DNA of 64,000 bases from Gammaproteobacteria bacterium (GTDB lineage Bacteria; Pseudomonadota; Gammaproteobacteria; JBCCGL01). The notes beneath the pieces were generated by a model that was not told where the DNA came from, did no database searches, and was given only the letters and a program-made list of their open reading frames with translations. This document shows positions 54,271 to 63,912 of this stretch, piece by piece (positions within the stretch are counted from its first letter, which is position 1; the number at the start of each line of letters is the position of its first letter). Both the position numbers and the translations under genes were made by a program. The stretch is from positions 3,008,001 through 3,072,000 of the forward strand of contig OZ255836.1 of assembly GCA_965277715.1 (NCBI GenBank), read 5' to 3'.

Positions 54271-55332
54271 TTAATTATGTGACGCTGTATTCCTGGAGAA
54301 TTCACTGTAATCCAGGCCACCTTTAAAATACGTGGTTTTCCCCGTTTGTTTCTGAATCCCCTGGCCTTCATAAATGCGCAGCGCATCAACCGCCGGGCGC
54401 GGTTGGTGTGCCACCAGCCACAAACGCAAGAGGTGCCGCTTTTTTTCGGGAATGTCTGAGTCTTCAAACGCTGTGCGGTTGTGCAGTATGGTTAAGTTAT
54501 TAAAGAAAACCGCTTCACCTGGCTGGGTGATAAATTTCAATGCAAACCGCTCATCGTGTGCGATGCTATCAACCAGGTCGAGCGCTGCCAGTTCATCACT
54601 GCTTAGCGCAACGCCTAATTCCTGGGCAGCCATGTCGATATAGGCGCGCAGATAGTTAATGCTTAAATAGCCTTGTGTAAATGAGAAAACCGGGATTTTC
54701 TCTTCAGTTACTGGCGACTGCCCCGGCAACTCTTCACCAAAGCGATGGTAGTGGAATCCCTCGATTAAAACAGGCATCAGATCAGGGCGGCGGGTGAGTA
54801 CTTCGTTATAGACGGTAATGGCACTGACGTAGCCACTGTAACCGCCCGATTCGGCTTTTTGCAGGCACATCATCGCGACTACATCGCAGGAGTCAGTGTG
54901 CATGGCCAGCTCGGTGCTGTTGCGGTAGGCGCGCTCTTTTGGGTCTTTCCCCCCTACATTAATCACGTCACCGAGGCGGTCACCCATAACACTTTGTGAC
55001 ATTGCCGTGCCAAAGTGGGTGCCGATGCCCCAGTGGAGGATAGCCATTTCTGCTTTGCTGTAGGTATCGACAGGGAAACCACTGAGTATCACCATGCCAT
55101 GACTGTCCATCACCCGCTCTCGCCAGGCGTTAACGTCAGCGGCAATCTCAGCGAGGGGAAAGTGTTCACGGGTGATCGATTCGGTTTCCAGGTTATTGGC
55201 CTGCACATCGCGGAGGGCTTTATCCAGCGCGGCGAGGTGCCTACCCGATAGATGAACCGTAAACGTATCACGACCGGATTGATCTGCGCGCCAGGCACTG
55301 GCGTGTTCGATTATTTTGAGCGGGTTGTCCAT
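54271..55332 (-). CDS. TauD/TfdA family 2-oxoglutarate/Fe(II) dioxygenase
   Basis: HTD facial triad, NN..ILHNRT.F.D, RHLLRLWL. Confidence 0.87.
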   Translation of the reverse strand: MDNPLKIIEHASAWRADQSGRDTFTVHLSGRHLAALDKALRDVQANNLETESITREHFPLAEIAADVNAWRERVMDSHGMVILSGFPVDTYSKAEMAILHWGIGTHFGTAMSQSVMGDRLGDVINVGGKDPKERAYRNSTELAMHTDSCDVVAMMCLQKAESGGYSGYVSAITVYNEVLTRRPDLMPVLIEGFHYHRFGEELPGQSPVTEEKIPVFSFTQGYLSINYLRAYIDMAAQELGVALSSDELAALDLVDSIAHDERFALKFITQPGEAVFFNNLTILHNRTAFEDSDIPEKKRHLLRLWLVAHQPRPAVDALRIYEGQGIQKQTGKTTYFKGGLDYSEFSRNTASHN

Positions 55333-55355
55333 GTATTGAATCCTCGTCCAGTGTA

Positions 55356-57070
55356 TTAGCGGGCCACCACCGCCGAGCCAATCCCCCGGGGATCACTGGC
55401 GGCGGTCACCTGTTTAGTGTTTGTATCCCAAATCACTGTATGCATATTTCCCCAGGTACGATTGCCCTGTTTCAGGGTATGGCCTTTCGCCTGTAAGCCC
55501 TGAATAAGCGCTGGGGAGAGTGCATTGGGTTCGTAAAAGATCGTGTCTGGCAGGTATTGATGGTGAAATCGCGGTAGCGACACCATGCTCTGTGCATCAC
55601 CACCGGCATGAAATTCCAGTGCTGCCAGTAATACCATGGTGATGATACGGCTGCCACCGGGGGTGCCGACGATGGCTATACGCCCGTCCTTTTGCAAAAA
55701 CGTGGGTGACATGCTCGATAACATGCGTTTACCGGGGGCGATGGCATTGGCTTCGGCGCCCACCAGACCATACAGATTGGGCACACCGGGTTTGGCGGAG
55801 AAGTCATCCATTTCATTGTTTAGCAAAATACCGGTGCCCTCTGGCATATAACCGGAGCCAAACGGGTAATTGACCGAAAGCGTGGCCGAGACCTGGTTGC
55901 CCTGCTTGTCGATAATCGAAAAATGGGTGGTATCAGTGCCTTTACCGGTATCGCTGACACCGGGCAGAACGCTGCTGGGGGTCGCCTTTTGTGGGTGAAT
56001 CGTGGCGCGTAAACCCTCGCCGTAAAAAGGGTTGATCAGCCGTACAATGGGCACATCGACAAAATCGCTGTCTCCCAGGTATTGGGCGCGGTCGCGATAG
56101 GCGCGGCGCATCGCCTCGACAATAAAATGATGCCGATCGGCGGGTGAGTAATTTGCCAGGTCACCATAACCCGCCAGAATAGACAAAATTTCGCCTAGAG
56201 CAACACCACCGGACGATGGTGGTGCTACCGATACCACCTGCATACCGTGGTACTGGCTTTGTATGGGCGTGCGCTCAACCACGGTGTACTGGCGCAAATC
56301 ATCGTGCGTCCAGATTCCCCCTGCTGCGCGTGTACCGGCGACTAACTTATCGGCTACCGCGCCCGCATAAAAACCGTTTACGCCGGATTTGGCCAGGGCT
56401 TCGAGGGTCGCCGCGAGGTCGGTTTGTTTTAGTTTATAGCCTGCCTCGGGGACTTCACCATCAGCCAGCATGACTGCACGGGCAGCGGGCGAAGCGCGCA
56501 GTGCAGCGAGGCGAAACTTTGCCAGGCGGCGGTATACCTCATCGACCGGGAAACCGTCTCGCGCCAGGATGATCGCCGGTTGTAAACTCACGGTGAGCGG
56601 CAGTGCGCCGTAGTGATCCGCGAGCTGCGCGAGGGCGGCGGGAATGCCGGGAATACCAGCGGCCAGCGCACCATCGACAGATAAATTTGGCGCCACCTCA
56701 CCGGCTTCGTCCAGGTACATATTGCGCTCTGCGGCCAGTGGCGCCCGCTCGCGGGCATCGAGCATAATAGCGCGCTCGGATTGCGCTTTTTTCAGCAGAT
56801 AAAAACCACCACCACCCAAACCCGAGCTATAAGGCTCGACCACAGCGAGCACGGCGGTAACCGCTATTGCCGCATCAAATGCATTGCCACCCTGATTCAT
56901 TACATCGACACCCGCCTGCGTCGCCAACGGGTGCGCACTCGCCACTGCCAGTGCGCCTGGGGTTAGCCCATCAGGGCTGCTCTGGGCGTAAGTTACAGGT
57001 GACAGCAGCAAGTAGCAGAGTGTAGTAATAAGCGTTGCAGTCACCCGGTTGAGTAGGCATTGTTTTCGCA

Positions 57071-57071
<1 letters not shown>
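55356..57071 (-). CDS. ggt: Gamma-glutamyltransferase
   Basis: GGNAFDAA, SGLGGGG, TTHFS autocleavage site, LNNEMDDF, SSMSPT, GTPGGSRI. Confidence 0.95.
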
Positions 57072-57340
<269 letters not shown>

Positions 57341-57394
57341 TCATACTGAGAGGGTGATTCTAGCACTGGATGGATTGACAGCGGTCAGTTGAAT

Positions 57395-57435
57395 CTAGAC
57401 CCCTATGTATTAATTTGCACACAAGTTAATACATA
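57395..57435. repeat. Repeat family C palindrome
   Basis: ctagacccc then tatgtattaatttg...caagttaatacata inverted repeat; homologous to 62406-62453. Confidence 0.75.
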
Positions 57436-57436
57436 T

Positions 57437-57595
57437 GCAGGAGCAGTTGCCGACGACTGTACGGATACAGGAGATAGAGCAACGCAGGAGCAGTTGCCGA
57501 CGACTGTACGGATACAGGAGATAGAGCAACGCAGGAGCAGTTGCCGACGACTGTACGGATACAGGAGATAGAGCAACGCAGGAGCAGTTGCCGAC
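57437..57595 (+). repeat. Repeat family D tandem array (47 bp x 3.4)
   Basis: gcaggagcagttgccgacgactgtacggatacaggagatagagcaac at 57437, 57484 and 57531, plus an 18-bp partial unit at 57578. Confidence 0.95.
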
Positions 57596-57713
57596 ACCTC
57601 TGTTGATTAGCAAGGTATTCTCACCGACTGTAACTGACTCACTTGCAGTGCGCATAGAAAATGCCAATAAGAACGCCGGTCTTTAGCGCGCTGGATTAAA
57701 AACTATCCTTTAA

Positions 57714-57834
57714 CCTAAATTCCGCAGTTGAATCTACTGCGAGCACCTAATGCACAGAATCCAAAGCGCTTTTACCAGCATTTCAGCTTCAGCACCTTAG
57801 ACGCCCTCGCTACGATTCAACTGCGGAATTTAGG
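57714..57834. mobile_element. Repeat family B MITE (121 bp, 21-bp perfect TIRs, 5-bp TSD TTTAA)
   Basis: cctaaattccgcagttgaatc ... gattcaactgcggaatttagg; TTTAA at 57709-57713 and 57835-57839. Confidence 0.9.
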
Positions 57835-60237
57835 TTTAACCCGCCAACCACCAGGATCATAAGCCGCATGACAACTCACCCTGCCACTACACAGAGTACC
57901 TGCAACATCAATCGCCACACATCCCCCCTCCCAATCGACACCCTCCACCGTATCGAGATAAGCCAACGCAAGTGGGCGCCCCACTCGATAACCAAATGCC
58001 GCCGAAGTAGTTTTACCCACAATAACCCCATCCCAATAAACCGGCTCATTACCCAGCGGAACAGCGTGAATATCATCGAGCAGAATAGTAACCATACGCG
58101 ATTGCGGTGGCTGCCCACGCAGCGCATACAATGCATCGCGCCCAATAAAATCGTTACCCCAGTCGATAGCAAAATCCAGCCCCGCCTGCAGCGGATTGAT
58201 ATCGGTATCGAGGTCATGGCCATAGGCCAGAAAACGCTTTTCGATACGCATGGCACTCTGCGCCAACACCCCCGCAGGCTGCGCACCGACAGCGTGTAAC
58301 GCCCGGTACACCGCATCGGCATCCGCCGCCCGGCAGGTGATCTCCCAGCCCGCCTCACCGACATAAGACAGGCGCGCCGCCCGCACCGCAACACCGGCAA
58401 TGCTTGTTTCGGTATGGCAGAAATAGCCGAGGGTGTTCAGTTCATCTGCGCCAATTTGCCTTGCCATCTGTGCCGATTCCGGCCCCATCAAACCGATAAC
58501 GGCGAATTGTTCGGTTTCATCGTAAAGACCAAGTTGCTGGCCAACATTGAGGTGGCGTTGCAACCAGGCCATATCCCGTTTGATGGCCGCTGTACCGACG
58601 TACAGGTGATAGAGGGTATCGCTGATACGCAAAGCAGTCAGGTCACTCTCAAAGCCCCCGCGTGCATTGAGCATGGCGGTGTAGATGGCACGGCCAGGGG
58701 CGCAGGTCATGTCATTGGCGCATACACGGTTTAAAAACGTCTCGGCGTCACGCCCTTCGACGACGATTTTGCCAAAGGTTGACTGGTCAAAAATAGCCGC
58801 GTGTTGCTGGGCCTGAACCACTTCACGGCCAACCTGATCAAACCAGGCGGGGCGGCCAAATGTCAGTACAGGCTCGGTGGCTTTATTAAAGTATAAGGGC
58901 CGTTCCCAACCGAAAAACTGGCCAAAGTGCGCGTTGTGTTTAAGCCATTGCCGGTGCAGGGGCGTAGTGCGCAATCCACGTGCGCTCGACCACTGGTGGC
59001 CGGGATAGCTGATGGCGTAGTGTTCACCCAATACTTCAGGCGCCCGCTGCGCCAGTGCCGCCGCCGAGTTAAAGCACGCCGGGAAGCGCTTCGGGTCGAC
59101 CTCGTGTAAATCAGTGGGGGTATGGCCGTGGGCAATGCAGTGTGCCAGCGCCATACCGGCACCACCGCCCGTGGCCACACCCACGGAATTCATGCCACAC
59201 CCCAGAAACAAACCGCGTGTTTCCGCCGACTCGCCGAGCATAAAAGTCCCATCCGGGGTAAAACTTTCCGGGCCGTTTAACAGCATCCTCACCTCTGCAT
59301 CGGCCAGGCATGGTAGGCGGTGCAGTGCATTTTTCATCATTGGTTCAAAGTGATCCCAATCCTCCGGGAGCAACTGGAAGGGTGTGTTTTCACCAATACG
59401 CTGTGCAGAAATAGACTTGCCAAGCGGTTCAAAACAACCGACCAGCAACCCCCCGGAGTCATCGCGGATGTACAGGTGGCCATCGTGATCAGACAGGGTT
59501 GGCAGGTTACCTTGTGCGCCCTCCACCGCTTTAGTCAGCAGGTAAAAGTGCTCGCACGGCCAAACGGGGGCGTCGACCCCTGCCAGCGCCGCATTGCCCT
59601 GACTCCACAGCCCCGTGCACAGCGCAATCGCATCACAGCGAACAGTCCCTGCCGTCGTCTCCAGCCCGGTGATTTTGCCACCTTTGGTAAACAGCGCGGT
59701 TACGCCCGTGTCTTCAAAAATACATGCGCCGTGTGCTTTGGCGCCCTTGATCAATGCGGCGCATAAGTCAGACGGGCTAACCCGGCCATCATCAGGTGAC
59801 CACACCGCCCCCAGTACATCGTCGGCATTCATCAACGGCCAGCGCTCACGGGCCTGCGCAGCGCTGATAGAATCGGCCTGGATACCAAATAAATGTGCCA
59901 GCGCCTCTTGGCGTTTGATATGCGTGAGCCGGTCGGGGCGGGTGGCGATAGACAGCGAGCCTTTGTTGATCCAGCCGGTTGATTGCCCGGTTTCCTGTTC
60001 CAGCGAACGGTACAGTGAGATCGAATAGCGAATCAGGTCGGTCAGGTTGCGCGTCGAGCGCAAGGCGCGCACCTGCGCCGCAGAGTGCCAGGTAGTGCCA
60101 GATGTGAGTTTGTTACGTTCGATCAGTAGCGCATCACCAATGCCCTGTTTGGCGAGGTGGTACAGTGTGGAGCACCCCATAATACCGCCGCCGATCACTA
60201 CAACAGAGGCGTGCGAAGGAAGTGAATTTTTGTGCAT
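57817..60237 (-). CDS. Sarcosine/dimethylglycine dehydrogenase family (FAD oxidoreductase plus GcvT domain)
   Basis: VVIGGGIMG, LTSGTTWHSA, NGPESFTPDG, GWERP, RLSYVGE.GWE, MRIEK; stop codon lies in a MITE TIR. Confidence 0.9.
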   Translation of the reverse strand: MHKNSLPSHASVVVIGGGIMGCSTLYHLAKQGIGDALLIERNKLTSGTTWHSAAQVRALRSTRNLTDLIRYSISLYRSLEQETGQSTGWINKGSLSIATRPDRLTHIKRQEALAHLFGIQADSISAAQARERWPLMNADDVLGAVWSPDDGRVSPSDLCAALIKGAKAHGACIFEDTGVTALFTKGGKITGLETTAGTVRCDAIALCTGLWSQGNAALAGVDAPVWPCEHFYLLTKAVEGAQGNLPTLSDHDGHLYIRDDSGGLLVGCFEPLGKSISAQRIGENTPFQLLPEDWDHFEPMMKNALHRLPCLADAEVRMLLNGPESFTPDGTFMLGESAETRGLFLGCGMNSVGVATGGGAGMALAHCIAHGHTPTDLHEVDPKRFPACFNSAAALAQRAPEVLGEHYAISYPGHQWSSARGLRTTPLHRQWLKHNAHFGQFFGWERPLYFNKATEPVLTFGRPAWFDQVGREVVQAQQHAAIFDQSTFGKIVVEGRDAETFLNRVCANDMTCAPGRAIYTAMLNARGGFESDLTALRISDTLYHLYVGTAAIKRDMAWLQRHLNVGQQLGLYDETEQFAVIGLMGPESAQMARQIGADELNTLGYFCHTETSIAGVAVRAARLSYVGEAGWEITCRAADADAVYRALHAVGAQPAGVLAQSAMRIEKRFLAYGHDLDTDINPLQAGLDFAIDWGNDFIGRDALYALRGQPPQSRMVTILLDDIHAVPLGNEPVYWDGVIVGKTTSAAFGYRVGRPLALAYLDTVEGVDWEGGCVAIDVAGTLCSGRVSCHAAYDPGGWRVKPKFRS

Positions 60238-60297
60238 AAAGCATCCCGAACAGGTTGAACCTTAACGACGTGCACGGTATTTTACCGTGCTTATATC

Positions 60298-60356
60298 CCC
60301 AGGAGCCCGTCGGTCTTTCCCTCGCGACGAGCGCCTAAACCCGACAGACTCCTGGG
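60298..60356. repeat. Repeat family A, internally deleted copy retaining both ends
   Basis: ccaggagcccgtcgg-tctttccctcgcgacgagcgcctaaac-ccgacagactcctgg. Confidence 0.82.
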
Positions 60357-60379
60357 CATAGTACTTTGGAGTAAACCCA

Positions 60380-61579
60380 ATGCAAGCGTTTTCCGCTCTT
60401 CGCGTTATCGACCTCACCCATGTTATAGCCGGGCCGTTTTGCACTTACCAGCTCGCGGTGATGGGCGCGGATGTGATAAAAATTGAGTCTCCACAGGCAC
60501 CGGATATGGTGCGTGAGGACGGGCCGCTGGCGGAGGAGGTTGCACGCGGTATGGGGTCGGTATTTACCGCACAAAATGCCAATAAGCGCTCAATAGCGCT
60601 GGATCTGAAATCGCCAGAGGGGCGCGATATTGCCATTACTCTGATTCGCGATGCCGATGTGCTGGTGGAAAACTACCGCAGTGGTGCGCTGGCTGAGCTG
60701 GGGCTGGGTTATCAGGGTATCCGCAAAATCAACCCTGACATTATCTACTGCTCGCTAACCGGCTTTGGGCAAACCGGGCCGAAAGCGCAACACACCGCCT
60801 ACGATAACGTGATTCAGGCATTCTCTGGTTTGATGGCGTCGACAGGGGATGAACATACTGCGCCGATGAAAGTGGGGCCGCCTGTACTGGATTACGGCAC
60901 CGGTGCCCAGGCGGCATTTGCCATCGCGGCGGCATTATTTCAGCGCAGCCAGACGGGTGAAGGGCAATACATTGATATCGCCATGCTGGATTCGGCGCTG
61001 ATGCTGATGTCGGCCAATATCACCCACTACCACGCCGCCGGTAAGCCCGCTGCGCTGACAGGCAATAACAGCGCCTCCAAGCCCGGTTATGCCTGCTACT
61101 CCACCGCTAAAGGTTTATTGATGATCGGTGCTTACACCAGCAAGCAGCACGCGGCCATGTGGCGGGTACTGGGTAGTGAACGGCGCGCCCAGGCCGCAGA
61201 GTCGGCTAGTCTGGCTGAAATCGGTGCACAGATGGACGAGGATATACAGGCGATATCTGCTGTATTAGAGACAAAATCAGCCGATGAATGGGAGGCATTA
61301 ATGAACCAGGCAAAAGTCCCCGCCGCACGCGTGCGCACGGTCGACGAAACCCTGGCGCATGAACAGGTTTTATCCCGCTCAGTTATTCAGGCACAGGCCG
61401 ATGCAGGGGCTTCCGGGCCACTACCGGTGGCATCATTTCGCTACAATCACCACGGCCCACAAGTGAATACGCCGCCGCCATTACACGGCCAGCACACGCG
61501 GGAGATTCTGTCCTCGCTCGGCTTTAGTGCGGAAAAAATAGCGGCATTGCAGCGTAGTGGTGTGGTGAAGTTTGGGTAA
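60380..61579 (+). CDS. CaiB/BaiF family III CoA-transferase
   Basis: RVIDLTHVIAGPFCT, GADVIKIE, NKRSIALDLK, ENYR, GFGQTGP, AYDNVIQA. Confidence 0.92.
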   Translation: MQAFSALRVIDLTHVIAGPFCTYQLAVMGADVIKIESPQAPDMVREDGPLAEEVARGMGSVFTAQNANKRSIALDLKSPEGRDIAITLIRDADVLVENYRSGALAELGLGYQGIRKINPDIIYCSLTGFGQTGPKAQHTAYDNVIQAFSGLMASTGDEHTAPMKVGPPVLDYGTGAQAAFAIAAALFQRSQTGEGQYIDIAMLDSALMLMSANITHYHAAGKPAALTGNNSASKPGYACYSTAKGLLMIGAYTSKQHAAMWRVLGSERRAQAAESASLAEIGAQMDEDIQAISAVLETKSADEWEALMNQAKVPAARVRTVDETLAHEQVLSRSVIQAQADAGASGPLPVASFRYNHHGPQVNTPPPLHGQHTREILSSLGFSAEKIAALQRSGVVKFG

Positions 61580-61650
61580 TTACGCTGTACCCCAAAGAGG
61601 CTTCGTTGATAAACTGGATGGCACAGAGAGGCTGAATTTTTTTGGGTGGT

Positions 61651-62217
61651 TCACGCTGCCTCCCAGCAGCGCCGACCAGAAAAGCGCGCTTTTAAGTACA
61701 CCATTTGATCGCCGAGGATTTGCCGGTTGGCGAGGTACATAAACTCAAATACATTCGGTTCAAAGGGGATTGCCAGCAGTTGCATATTGGCCTGCTCTGG
61801 GGTTTTCCCACCCTTGCGGTGGTTGCAACGGGCGCAGGCGGCAACGACATTTTTCCAGCGGTCAGTGCCGCCCTGTACACGCGGCACGATGTGGTCGCGT
61901 GTCAGTTCGTCTTCACGAAATTCGATGCCGCAGTACATGCAGGTGTATTCGTCGCGCCGGAACAGGAAACGGTTGTCGAGTGCTGGGGTGAAGCTGTATT
62001 TTTCAGTGCTGCCTTCGCAGGCGATAATCGGCGCCAGGGCAATTTGCGATTGGATGCCCTGGCAGTTGATACCGCCACGCATTAAAAAGGGGGACTCGCC
62101 CAGGCTCCAGACAACCTGGTCTTTGAAGTACAGTGTCGCGGCCTCTTCACGCGATACCCAGGCACGCGGCAACCCTGACTTGTTCAATCGAAGTATGCGC
62201 ACGTTGCCATTGGTCAT
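61651..62217 (-). CDS. HNH endonuclease (McrA-like)
   Basis: LFRRD..TCMYCG, TRDHIVP..GG, NVVAACARCN..KG. Confidence 0.9.
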   Translation of the reverse strand: MTNGNVRILRLNKSGLPRAWVSREEAATLYFKDQVVWSLGESPFLMRGGINCQGIQSQIALAPIIACEGSTEKYSFTPALDNRFLFRRDEYTCMYCGIEFREDELTRDHIVPRVQGGTDRWKNVVAACARCNHRKGGKTPEQANMQLLAIPFEPNVFEFMYLANRQILGDQMVYLKARFSGRRCWEAA

Positions 62218-62405
62218 TGTTGTTTCCCGCTTATTTTTTTCTGGACTGTAGAGTACTCGTTGTTGTCACTTGCGCAGTGTGCCAAAGTTTTGTGAATTTA
62301 CAAGGTGTTCTTTCTTGTGGGTATCGTGGGAGTTGTATGGTTTCACTCGCGGTGTTAAAGATCGGTGTTCTTATTGGCATTTTCTATGCGCACTGCAAGT
62401 AACAC

Positions 62406-62453
62406 CTAGGCCCCGTGTATTAACTTGTACACAAGTCAATACATGATGTCTAG
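62406..62453. repeat. Repeat family C, CTAG-bounded 48-bp palindrome
   Basis: ctaggccccgtgtattaacttgtacacaagtcaatacatgatgtctag. Confidence 0.75.
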
Positions 62454-62517
62454 CCAGGCTCGAAACATTCTTGTAGGCAAAACTAACTATTTGTATTGAT
62501 GTGGACAGTAAATATTA

Positions 62518-63009
62518 TTATTCGTAAAAAATTTTATTAATAGTGAAGTACTTCGTTTCACTATTAATCGTCAGTGAAAACTCGTCATCAGTCGATTTCT
62601 TTAGCATTGCCCGCGCCATGGGGGAATCAATAGAGATATACCCTTTGCGCTCGCCAATTTCATCCGCGCCAACAATGCGGTAGGTAAATGCTTCACCCTG
62701 TTCGTTTTCCAGTGTGACCCACGCGCCAAATAATACTTTATCTGTATTACCCACTTCATTAACTACTTTTATGTTAGGTAGGCGTTTCTGTAAATAGCGG
62801 ATACGCCGGTCAATTTCTCGGAGTTGTTTTTTGCGGTAGATGTATTCGGCATTTTCTGAGCGGTCGCCCTCGGCAGCAGCGGCGGTAACAGCGGCGGTGA
62901 CTTCCGCCCGTTGTGTCCATAAACTTTGTTGTTGCTTTTGCAGGCGGGAGTAACCTTCAGGTGTGATGTAGGCCGATGATTTCGGCAGGGGTGGTTTCCA
63001 GCGCCCCAT
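62518..63009 (-). CDS. greB: Transcription elongation factor GreB
   Basis: GDRSENAEY...KKQLREIDRR, FGAWV, ISIDSPMARA. Confidence 0.95.
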   Translation of the reverse strand: MGRWKPPLPKSSAYITPEGYSRLQKQQQSLWTQRAEVTAAVTAAAAEGDRSENAEYIYRKKQLREIDRRIRYLQKRLPNIKVVNEVGNTDKVLFGAWVTLENEQGEAFTYRIVGADEIGERKGYISIDSPMARAMLKKSTDDEFSLTINSETKYFTINKIFYE

Positions 63010-63014
63010 TCAAT

Positions 63015-63722
63015 CTAGGCAGCACGCTGCATCGATGCACTGACAAACGCGTCGATTAAGGGGTGTGTTTGGCCTGTCAGGGCCGAGCGCTCCGGCTGAC
63101 AGGCGATGCCAATAAAAAAACGGTGTTGTGGAATTTCGATAGCGCATGGATCACCTTCGCTGGTGTGCGCACTGAAGTGCAGGGCGCTGCCGTCAAATAA
63201 GTCTGTGTAATCCCGGTTGAGCCCATAGCTGCAATTATATTTTTCCCGGATATGAGCACGCGCATAAAATGCGGCAAGGCGTGAACCATCGCGCAAATGG
63301 ATGTCGCCCTCCTGCTCTACCATTGCGCACACCAGGGGGGCAATTAATGGAAAAGCGGTGCCTGGGTCTTCTTCACTGTTATTAGCCCGATCATGCCCAA
63401 GGACGTTACGGGCAAACTCCAGCAGTGCGTGCTGGTAGCCGCCGCAAGTGCCGAGAAAGGGTGTGCCGTTTTCCCTCGCGTAGCGAATGGCACTGATGGC
63501 GCCCGCCGGGTTATTGTAGGGGCTGGCGGGTACGCACCATATCCCCTGGTACTGACGCAGTACCGCATCGTTGTTTTCACTGAGGTCGTTTGTTGCTATC
63601 CATTGCGCATTAACCTCGCAGGCCGTATTGCTGGCGACGATGTCAAGTGCTTGAGGAATCGCTCTGTGCGCGGTTACCACACCACTGTAATCACCGATCA
63701 GGGCAATATTAATGGGCAACAT
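63015..63722 (-). CDS. Stand-alone CTP synthase-like glutamine amidotransferase domain protein
   Basis: IALIGDY, VPASPY, PFLGTCGGYQH, QPER. Confidence 0.82.
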   Translation of the reverse strand: MLPINIALIGDYSGVVTAHRAIPQALDIVASNTACEVNAQWIATNDLSENNDAVLRQYQGIWCVPASPYNNPAGAISAIRYARENGTPFLGTCGGYQHALLEFARNVLGHDRANNSEEDPGTAFPLIAPLVCAMVEQEGDIHLRDGSRLAAFYARAHIREKYNCSYGLNRDYTDLFDGSALHFSAHTSEGDPCAIEIPQHRFFIGIACQPERSALTGQTHPLIDAFVSASMQRAA

Positions 63723-63747
63723 GATGGGGTTACCGGTTGATTAATAT

Positions 63748-63912
63748 TAGGGGGGATGTTCTCAATCACCATGAACAGATCTATTGTGGCCCTTTTCCGC
63801 ACTGGCTGTGTTGCAATTCGTCGCAATAGAAACACTATTACCCCTCATGCCTTGCTAGCACAAAAAAGGCCTCACAATCGATCTTGCCCAGGTAATTGAG
63901 AACACCCCCTAG
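63748..63912. mobile_element. Palindromic MITE-like element related to family A but with different termini
   Basis: Ends taggggggatgttctcaatcacc and ggtaattgagaacaccccctag; inner arms palindromic; central ttcgtcgcaatagaaacactatt core shared with family A. Confidence 0.75.

Noticed and set aside
57437-57595. CRISPR array
   Set aside because: Units are identical and contiguous, with no unique spacers and no cas genes in the window.
61651-62217. RNA-guided IscB/HEARO-type nuclease
   Set aside because: Only 188 aa, with no PLMP or RuvC motifs; it matches the common stand-alone HNH family.
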